NCBI GenBank assembly: GCA_050633245.1
Contig: JBOEGD010000015.1
Coordinates: forward strand, 1 to 21,678
DNA: 21,678 nucleotides
Direction: 5' to 3'
DNA from: Calditrichia bacterium
Lineage (GTDB): Bacteria > Calditrichota > Calditrichia > RBG-13-44-9 > J075
Every line of letters begins with the position of its first letter. The first letter of the stretch is position 1. The notes beneath the pieces were generated by a model, which was given only the letters and a program-made list of their open reading frames with translations, ran no database searches and had not been told where the DNA came from. Both the position numbers and the translations under genes were made by a program. Below are positions 1 to 7,177 of the stretch, piece after piece.

Positions 1-938
1 CCCTGTCCGTAAAACGGAACGATCGCGTGCGCAGAGTCGCCAAGCAGCAGTGCGCGCCCTCCAACATGCCAGGGATGGCATTTAATGGTGATCAGGTTAC
101 CGGTTGGATTCGCAAAAAACGTATCTGCCAAATCAGGCATTAATGGAATGGTATCGGCAAACTGCTCAGCAAAAAACGCCTCAACGTCCTTTGGAGTCGT
201 AAGATCATCAAAACCCGGCTCTCCGGCATAGGGAAGAAATAAGGTGCAGGTAAAGCTGCCATCGAGATTGGCCAGAGCAATTAGCATATAGGTGCCGCGC
301 GGCCAGATGTGCAGTGCATGCTTCTCCATCTGAAAACTGCCACCAGCACCTGCTGGAATAGTCAATTCCTTGTAGCCATGCTCCAAATAAGACTGCTGTA
401 AATTGAAACGACCGGTTTTCTGCATTTCCATGCGAACAGGTGAGGTCGCGCCATCACAGGCAATCAGAGTATCCGACGTGATAGTATAGGCATCACCATT
501 TTCACCAACAAATTCCAGATCACCGGTAGCAAAATCGACACCGGTACAGCGCTGGTTAAATCGGATGGTTACGCCCGCTTCTTCCGCCGCATCCATCAGC
601 TTACAGTTAATCCCGGAACGGGAGATTGAGTTAATAACCTCGCTATCATCCTTGCCATAGCGCTGAAAGGTCAGTGCTCCATCCGGGGCGTGCATCATGC
701 GTCCGGACATTGGGATCGCCTCACGCAAAATCGTATCAGCCAATCCAACCTGATCCAGCGCGTAAATTCCACGTGTCGAGAGCGCAAGGTTAATGGAGCG
801 TCCGGCACTCATTTCCAACCTGCGCATATCTCCACGTCGCTCATAAATAGTAACTTCGAATCCACGTTTTGCAAGATATATTCCCAAAAGCGAACCGGCA
901 AGCCCAGCTCCGGTCAGCGAAACTTTTTTATTTTTCAT
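1..938 (-). CDS. kmo: Kynurenine 3-monooxygenase, FAD-dependent (3' end runs off the window)
   Basis: Not in the ORF track; both ends translated by hand and they are in the same frame. ATG at 938 with an AGAGGA RBS gives MKNKKVSLTGAGLAGSLLGIYLAKRGFEVTIYERRGDMRRLEMSAGRSINLALSTRG (GxGxxG FAD motif and the KMO GRSINLALS motif). At the window edge the frame reads LLLGDSAHAIVPFYGQG. kynU is nearby on the same strand. Confidence 0.93.
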   Translation of the reverse strand, partial: MKNKKVSLTGAGLAGSLLGIYLAKRGFEVTIYERRGDMRRLEMSAGRSINLALSTRGIYALDQVGLADTILREAIPMSGRMMHAPDGALTFQRYGKDDSEVINSISRSGINCKLMDAAEEAGVTIRFNQRCTGVDFATGDLEFVGENGDAYTITSDTLIACDGATSPVRMEMQKTGRFNLQQSYLEHGYKELTIPAGAGGSFQMEKHALHIWPRGTYMLIALANLDGSFTCTLFLPYAGEPGFDDLTTPKDVEAFFAEQFADTIPLMPDLADTFFANPTGNLITIKCHPWHVGGRALLLGDSAHAIVPFYGQ

Positions 939-1020
939 CGAATTCCTCTGTTCAATGGTGATCGTTGAAATATACGGTGTGGGGAAGAAAAGATTAAGGA
1001 ATTTCTAGGATGACGCGAGG

Positions 1021-1052
1021 AAAAGAATGCCGCAACGGAAAATTGCGGCATT
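1021..1052 (-). terminator. Intrinsic terminator downstream of the OB-fold gene
   Basis: Perfect 10-bp inverted repeat AATGCCGCAA (1026-1035) / TTGCGGCATT (1043-1052), followed on the minus strand by CTTTT. It lies about 20 nt after the stop at 1074. Confidence 0.75.
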
Positions 1053-1073
1053 TGGCAGAAAGTAAGAATACGT

Positions 1074-3071
1074 TTAGCGTAGCAGAAGCATTTTTTTTGA
1101 AGAACGCAACTCGCCAAACTGTAACCGATACACATAAACACCGCTGGCAACTGTTCGACCGGCGTTATCACGCGCATCCCAAACGACTTCCTGCTTACCA
1201 GGTGCTGCAGACAAGCTGCTAAAGGTGCGCACTTTTTGTCCCAATTTGTTATAAATCGTCAATGAAACGGTTTCATTAAAACCCGCAGGCAGGGTATAGC
1301 TGATTGTCGTTGACGGGTTAAACGGATTCGGATAGTTTTGCTTAAGCTCGAAACCGGAGGGCAGATTTACGTCGTCTTCAATACCGACAGACATCCACTG
1401 GACATCATTACTATCGCGCGGTTCCAGCTTGTAGCGACTAAATTGATAGTAAAGGTGACCGCGAAGATCCCCCATCATACCATCCATAAGAGACTCGTCT
1501 AAATTCCCCTCATATTCCGCTGAAAGATCATCTACCAGCATTTCGCCGGAACCATCATCAATAACAAACTCACCAAAATTATTTAGACCATCCGGAAAGG
1601 CATCAGTAATAGTAATATTTCGAACCTGCATCAAAACCGATTCATATTGTTCCGCATCTCGGCCATCAGGAGGTAAAATTCCCGTTTGCACTTCAACCGG
1701 ATCGAAAGGCCCAACACCTGCCACCTCAAGATCAGAACTTATTTCAGAGATCATCGTATGACCAAAATCTTCCACAACTCTGCCAAATACGCTGATATTG
1801 TCTCCAATTGCATATTGAGTGGTTAAACCCTTTATGAAAATCCCCGACCATGGAGCAGCAGCATCCTGGATAAAATAGCCTGAGAATTGGCTCAGATCGG
1901 ACATGACAACACCCTCAACTTCGACAAGTAGTCTGTGGTAAGGAGAATCATCATCGGAGTATCCTTGGGTATTCTGAATGTCCTCAATAGGAAGTCCATT
2001 ATCGCGCACGAAAAATTGCAGTATGGATCCGGTAGCTCTGGAAGTATCATTTGGAAACATCGAGGTATTCGCATCCGCATCCGTTGCGGTTATGAAATAA
2101 CGAAGATAGCTGTCATCAGTTTGCGCAGGAATTTCCCCACTCCAGATATCGCCATTTGCTGTCATCGGGGCCGTTAAGAAGGTGTCGTTATTAATACTGT
2201 AATGAATTAACGCGCTGGCAACGCTGTTGTTATCCGTAATTGTCGCGCCAATTATAGCATCGTCCGAGGATGTAATAATCACCGGGTCACGAAAAACTGT
2301 CGCCAGCGTCGGTGGGCCGTCTATCAATGTTAAGTCACTAAGATTACGTGGGTTGATGCTATAGCCATCCATTAAGTTCCGTACAAAGCCCTGCACGGCT
2401 ACAGTGCTTGAATTGGCTGGCCACGAGTAAGTATTATTGTCAAAGCGATCACGGAAAAAGCGAAAATAGTCATCCATGAATGTCGCTATTCCGGTGCTGT
2501 CGGAGATAACAGCACGATTGGATTCAAAATTGTTATCCAGAACCTCGGCATTGGGGATGCGCACATATTGCGACTCCCACTGTTCAGCATTTTCGGGAAT
2601 CGACAAGTCTTCTGTGCTCAACACAATCGGCGGCGGCACATTGCCGAGCGTTTCAAGAAACACCGGCACCAGTGGGTCGGTGAGTATCGTCAACTGGGTA
2701 AACCCCTCGAATTCGGTTACCACACCGGTAAAACGACCGACATCACCGGGGATTAATGTACCAAAATCCGTTCCGGTAATCGTTGAATCGTTTTGCACAA
2801 CCAATAAGCCCTGCCACGGGTCGGTTGGTAAGTTTGGATTCAAAATGAAACCGGCCCAGCGTGGCCCGATAGACAGCGAGCGAACACTGCTGGTCAACAT
2901 TCCACGCACTTCTACGGTATCACCCACAAAAGGTGAAGCATCATCCACTTCGGGATTCGAGACAAATTGAATTTCTTCAATTGTTTTGGTAGGATATGTT
3001 TGACCCTGAAGCATTGCTGAAAAGAAGAGCAATACAATTGGGCATAATATCATTTGTATTCTGAAAATCAT
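1074..3071 (-). CDS. Secreted acidic protein with duplicated YhcR/ExeM-like OB-fold modules, a central Ig-like domain and a C-terminal FlgD-Ig/Por-type sorting domain
   Basis: 665 aa, with a signal peptide and an AGGGGG RBS. Internal repeat pairs: TIEEIQ..DDASPFVGDTVEVRG / PIEDIQ..DDDSPYHRLLVEVEG, and AEQWESQYVRI / AEQYESVLMQV. C-terminus QNYPNPFNPSTTISY...WDARDNAGRTVASGVYVYRL...KKMLLLR. Confidence 0.8.
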   Translation of the reverse strand: MIFRIQMILCPIVLLFFSAMLQGQTYPTKTIEEIQFVSNPEVDDASPFVGDTVEVRGMLTSSVRSLSIGPRWAGFILNPNLPTDPWQGLLVVQNDSTITGTDFGTLIPGDVGRFTGVVTEFEGFTQLTILTDPLVPVFLETLGNVPPPIVLSTEDLSIPENAEQWESQYVRIPNAEVLDNNFESNRAVISDSTGIATFMDDYFRFFRDRFDNNTYSWPANSSTVAVQGFVRNLMDGYSINPRNLSDLTLIDGPPTLATVFRDPVIITSSDDAIIGATITDNNSVASALIHYSINNDTFLTAPMTANGDIWSGEIPAQTDDSYLRYFITATDADANTSMFPNDTSRATGSILQFFVRDNGLPIEDIQNTQGYSDDDSPYHRLLVEVEGVVMSDLSQFSGYFIQDAAAPWSGIFIKGLTTQYAIGDNISVFGRVVEDFGHTMISEISSDLEVAGVGPFDPVEVQTGILPPDGRDAEQYESVLMQVRNITITDAFPDGLNNFGEFVIDDGSGEMLVDDLSAEYEGNLDESLMDGMMGDLRGHLYYQFSRYKLEPRDSNDVQWMSVGIEDDVNLPSGFELKQNYPNPFNPSTTISYTLPAGFNETVSLTIYNKLGQKVRTFSSLSAAPGKQEVVWDARDNAGRTVASGVYVYRLQFGELRSSKKMLLLR

Positions 3072-3083
3072 AATTCCCCCTGT

Positions 3084-3124
3084 TGTTTACGCAATGTTTA
3101 CGATTCATTTTAGAAACGTAAACA
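3084..3124. promoter_or_regulatory. Candidate operator made of three TGTTTACG boxes
   Basis: TGTTTACG at 3084-3091 and 3095-3102 (11-bp period), and the inverted copy CGTAAACA at 3117-3124, immediately upstream of the RBS of the gene starting at 3071. Confidence 0.4.
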
Positions 3125-3214
3125 GCCGTCCAACCACTTTTACATTGACAATATTGTATTAGTATCTTTTTGAAGAGCTTCTATATAAAAGCGAATAATT
3201 GTGGTAAGCGCAAT

Positions 3215-3244
3215 AAAAAAGGCCGCCGATTTGCACCGACGACC
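3215..3244 (-). terminator. Intrinsic terminator downstream of the Omp28-like gene
   Basis: Minus-strand RNA reads GGUCGUCGGU-GCAA-AUCGGCGGCC-UUUUUU: a 10-bp stem with G-U pairs, a GNRA tetraloop and U6. Confidence 0.85.
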
Positions 3245-3272
3245 TCTGGGAGGAATGGTTCTAACAAACCTT

Positions 3273-5423
3273 CTAGCGCAGTAGTAACATCTTTTGTGAA
3301 GCCTGAGAACTTCCGTGAGTCAGGCGATAGATGTAAATTCCACTGGCAACATTGCTTCCTGCATCATCACGGGCATCCCAAACCACTTCGTGAGTTCCGG
3401 CTGTCTGCGCAATATTCTTCATAGTACGCACCTGCTGGCCCAGCTGATTGTAGATAACCAGCGAAGCACCCGCATCAAGTGCTCCGACTGGTAGAGAATA
3501 AACAATCGTTGTGCTCGGGTTGAATGGATTCGGATAGTTTCCATGCAGACTGAATGTCTCTACGTTCGTTCCGGGATTAATGTCATCACCAATTCCGGTA
3601 ATCGGAGTTAGCCAGCTAACGATCCGCTCAGCAACCAAATCGCGATCGGCCTGCTCGGCAATCGATTCAAAACCGAAGGTGGTCATAAGCGACTTACCAT
3701 TCAATCCCGCTCCATTGTGCTCAGCCTTAATTCCGGAGTACTCGGTCGGGCGTGTAAAGAAGCTAAATACCGGTGAGGCATTTCCATCTGCAGCCGCAAT
3801 GCGATTGGCAAACTTGTTTCCGGAGAAAGAGATCGTGCTGGCACCTGTTCCACCAGTTACGTTCATTTGTCCGATTCCATCACTAATAGCATCTCCGCTA
3901 ACACCTTCCATGATGGTTAGAAAAACACGGCGAGTTTCGTAATTTGCGTGCAGATAATTTGTCAGGAAGTCCTGACTTGCCGGAGTTGAATATCCACTTG
4001 CCGGGTCAGCCATATAATAGGCCAAGTCCAAGCCACTAACATAAAGGCCGCCACCATTATCCAGATAGGTCTTTAGTGTAGTCATTTCGCTTTCATCAAG
4101 ACATGGAACGGTAGTTCCCGCCATCCACATAACCATACCATAATTACCAAGATCGGCACCAGCTGCTGTGGCAACGGACGATGTAACAACTCCATAGTCT
4201 GCACTGTTATTCTGTAACGAAGTGACCAGATAGTCCTGATAGTCTTTTCCACCATCATCATCAACAAGTAAGATAGGTACACCGTGAGTCGTAAAGTTCA
4301 GGTCGATGCTGCCATTGTTTGCAGGAAGAATCTGTGATGTAAACTCAACGCTGGTTCTGCCGTATCCAACTGCACCTCCGGCTGCAACTGAAACCGTAAT
4401 GATCGTCGAATCACCCGCATCCAGAGTCAATTGATCGGTTTGACCAATCGGGAACGTTCCGTTGACAGTCGTAAATTCCTGCGTCCATGTTGCAGGGCCA
4501 TCAAACGACAATCCAACAGTATAGGTGTCCTGATTAAGACCATCGTTACGTAGAACAACGGTGTTTTGAGCGGTAGCACTTGCCGAGCCGAGAAAATCCT
4601 TTGCACTGGAGTTCCAGCTAGCCAGATAATCTGGTGCAATCAAATCCATCGAAACACCCTGATGAATTTCACTTGAGCGGAAAATTGCGTTTTCTTCAAA
4701 GATAAAAACAGCAACATGACAGCTGTCGGGAATAATGTCCGGGCTTGGTGAAGGCATAACTGGAACAACCCGTGAGAGGGTTTTGGTGACAACATCGCCC
4801 TGATTCCATGCACCGGTAATTACTTCACTGCCGTTCGCCCCATTCATCATGTCTCTAACGGTATCATAATGAATATAGTTTGGACCACCTCCGGTACCGG
4901 TTTGGCCCCAAACCAGGCCGTCTTCCATTAGCACAACACTATATCGAAAGTTGCCATTAAGATTTGTCAGAGCTGTAAAGTCGATTGTCGCATCGAATGT
5001 TCGCGTACCAACATCATAGCTTCTGGTTACATTGATATCAACTGTTGCAGGAGTGCTGGCGCGCAGGGCAACCTGGCTGGCCCATGAACCGCGACTAAGG
5101 AGAGTGGTATTACGATCAATACATGCCGTAGGATATGCAGTGAATCCCATCTGGCCGATTATTCCATTCCCATTAAACTGATCAAACGGATCGCTGCTGG
5201 TGCTCGGACCATGATAGGCGATCATAATAACATTCGGCGTCGCCGCTTTAATGTTTTCAATGATTTGATCTCCTGCCGGACAGAACTGACACCAAGTTCC
5301 GGTGCAGTGTTCCATAACAGGATTGCGAACAGTTGATTGGGCAAAGCTGATGCTGGTAATAAATAGCATTGCAATGATCCAAATGGCTCTGCTCTTCGAA
5401 GCAGACATTGTAGCATGGTTCAT
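3273..5423 (-). CDS. Omp28-related secreted protein with a thioredoxin-like CxxC and a C-terminal FlgD-Ig/Por-type sorting domain
   Basis: 716 aa, with a GGAGG RBS and a signal peptide. Omp28-like motifs EHCTGTWCQFCP, IAYH, YPTACIDR, VVLMEDGL and YIHYDTVR. An ILLVDDDGG domain follows, then the tail GNYPNPFNPSTTI...QKMLLLR. Confidence 0.82.
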   Translation of the reverse strand: MNHATMSASKSRAIWIIAMLFITSISFAQSTVRNPVMEHCTGTWCQFCPAGDQIIENIKAATPNVIMIAYHGPSTSSDPFDQFNGNGIIGQMGFTAYPTACIDRNTTLLSRGSWASQVALRASTPATVDINVTRSYDVGTRTFDATIDFTALTNLNGNFRYSVVLMEDGLVWGQTGTGGGPNYIHYDTVRDMMNGANGSEVITGAWNQGDVVTKTLSRVVPVMPSPSPDIIPDSCHVAVFIFEENAIFRSSEIHQGVSMDLIAPDYLASWNSSAKDFLGSASATAQNTVVLRNDGLNQDTYTVGLSFDGPATWTQEFTTVNGTFPIGQTDQLTLDAGDSTIITVSVAAGGAVGYGRTSVEFTSQILPANNGSIDLNFTTHGVPILLVDDDGGKDYQDYLVTSLQNNSADYGVVTSSVATAAGADLGNYGMVMWMAGTTVPCLDESEMTTLKTYLDNGGGLYVSGLDLAYYMADPASGYSTPASQDFLTNYLHANYETRRVFLTIMEGVSGDAISDGIGQMNVTGGTGASTISFSGNKFANRIAAADGNASPVFSFFTRPTEYSGIKAEHNGAGLNGKSLMTTFGFESIAEQADRDLVAERIVSWLTPITGIGDDINPGTNVETFSLHGNYPNPFNPSTTIVYSLPVGALDAGASLVIYNQLGQQVRTMKNIAQTAGTHEVVWDARDDAGSNVASGIYIYRLTHGSSQASQKMLLLR

Positions 5424-5569
5424 AAACGACCTCCAAAAAGGGTATAGGGTTGCCGGGGCATGATATAACCTTTATGAGTCAGAACTATTGCTCATAAAAG
5501 TGAGAATCAATGGCTGGTGAAAATCAATAGTGAGTAGAGGATCAAACTTGTTACCCCCTTACAGGGTAA

Positions 5570-5597
5570 AAGATAGCGCAAATCTCAAAAATGTCAA
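5570..5597 (-). promoter_or_regulatory. Putative sigma70-type promoter for the Omp28-like gene
   Basis: Minus strand has TTGACA (5597-5592), a 16-nt spacer and TATCTT (5575-5570). Confidence 0.5.
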
Positions 5598-5697
5598 GAT
5601 TTTTTTGCAAGACAATGTATTTTTTGGTGTATAAATAAAGGATGTTTTGTTATGGATTTCAGCAAAATTTTCCCTTAAAGCATTTAAAACAAACAGT

Positions 5698-6966
5698 TTA
5701 AGCTCTTGATATTGCCTGCCGCAGTAAATTTACAAATTGCCATATATCTTCAAAAGAATTATATAGCGGAACAGCAGCGGTTCGAATTACGTCCGGCTCA
5801 CGCCAATCGCAGATCACCCCTTCTTCTGTAAGGATATCAAAAACCCTGCGGCCATCGCGCTGCACCACGATTGAAACCTGGCAACCGCGGGCCGCTTCAG
5901 TACGTGGAGTAATTGTTGTAACAGCATCGCCCAGATCATCAAGTAAAAAATTTAGATATCCACTAAGTAGAAGCCCTTTTTGACGCAGTCGACCCATCCC
6001 CGCTTCATCAAAGATCGCTAAACTCGCGCGAATTGCAGCAAGTGAAAGTATGGGGGGGTTACTAAGCTGCCAACCTTCTGCACCGGGTATTGCATCGAAG
6101 CCCGGCTTCATAAGAAAGCGCTCCTTTTTATTATGTCCCCACCAGCCGGCAAAGCGCGGCAGGTCTGCGTTTGCATGACGCTCGTGCACGAAGACGCCTG
6201 AAATACTACCGGGGCCGGAGTTTAGGTATTTATAGGAACACCATGCGGCAAAATCGACGCCCCAATCGTGCAATGATAGCGGAATATTGCCAGCACCATG
6301 CGCAAGGTCGAATCCGACAACGCATCCCTTATTTTGACCAATTCGGGTAATGCGCTCCATGTCGAAGACCTGTCCGGTGTAGTAATTTACCCCGCCAATC
6401 AAAATAAGCGCAATCGAATCACCCTCTGCCTCAATAAGCGCATCAATATCTTCCTGATGATGAAGCACCTCTCCCTCCCGCAGTGGAAGCTCGAGCAAAC
6501 ACTGTTTCGGATCGAAGCCATGAAAACGTATCTGCGATGCAACGGCATACTGATCGGATGGAAAGGCATTTGCTTCAATCAATATTTTATTCCGATTCGC
6601 CGTTGGGCGGTAAAACGAAACCATTAAAAGATGCAAATTGACGCTTAGCGTGTTCATCATGACCACCTCACCAGCCCTTGCCCCAACGATGCGGCTCATT
6701 GCAGGTGTCAGAAACTCATGGTATGGCAACCAGGGATTACGCGCATGCAGATGGCCTTCCACCCCCAGATCTTGCCAATCGGTCAGTTCCTGCTCAACAT
6801 ATTCGCACGTCGACTTTGGCTGCAATCCCAGCGAGTTGCCGGTAAGATAAATTGTCGGTTTGCCCTTATGTTTGGATATGTGGAACCGGTTTCGAAATTC
6901 TGCCAGTGGATCTTCCTTGTCTAACATCCGAGCAAATGAGATGTCATTTTTATAATCTGTCATCAT
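5698..6966 (-). CDS. kynU: Kynureninase, PLP-dependent
   Basis: Motifs IYLTGNSLGLQP, MNTLSVNLHLLMVSFYRP, AFPSDQYA, GFDLAHGAGN, WCSYKYLNSGPG (PLP Lys), GWWGH, QLSNPP, RGCQVS and DWREPDVIR. Start placed at the ATG at 6966 (or 6963) rather than the ORF-track 7023. Confidence 0.96.
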   Translation of the reverse strand: MMTDYKNDISFARMLDKEDPLAEFRNRFHISKHKGKPTIYLTGNSLGLQPKSTCEYVEQELTDWQDLGVEGHLHARNPWLPYHEFLTPAMSRIVGARAGEVVMMNTLSVNLHLLMVSFYRPTANRNKILIEANAFPSDQYAVASQIRFHGFDPKQCLLELPLREGEVLHHQEDIDALIEAEGDSIALILIGGVNYYTGQVFDMERITRIGQNKGCVVGFDLAHGAGNIPLSLHDWGVDFAAWCSYKYLNSGPGSISGVFVHERHANADLPRFAGWWGHNKKERFLMKPGFDAIPGAEGWQLSNPPILSLAAIRASLAIFDEAGMGRLRQKGLLLSGYLNFLLDDLGDAVTTITPRTEAARGCQVSIVVQRDGRRVFDILTEEGVICDWREPDVIRTAAVPLYNSFEDIWQFVNLLRQAISRA

Positions 6967-7177
6967 CAATTTCCGTTTTAATGTGGGTTTACAGAATGTA
7001 TTTAATCGCCCCTTCGCATGCAATAGGCACCAAGGTTGTAAATTCTGAAATTATTATCAGCAACTGCCGAATACATCACTCGCAAAAATGATAATTCCTT
7101 TTACTTGATTTTCACTGCAATCAGCATCTTATTTTAATGACCTGATCAAAAATCCATCTTACCTGTCGGAGCATCGC

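Noticed and set aside
690-1222. Short ORFs 690-968, 935-1177 and 1010-1222
   Set aside because: They overlap kmo, the terminator or the OB-fold gene and have no coding signal.
2476-2970. 164-aa plus-strand ORF (likewise 13247-13765 on the minus strand)
   Set aside because: Both are antisense shadows of well-supported genes.
5270-5315. Selenocysteine in the Omp28 CxxC
   Set aside because: Both codons are TGT and there is no in-frame TGA.
6967-7023. N-terminal extensions in the ORF track for kynU (also moxR 12511, plsX 18993, peptidase 9389, cupin 14473)
   Set aside because: Downstream ATGs fit the RBS position, signal peptide or family N-terminus better. The plsX extension also overlaps its own promoter candidate.
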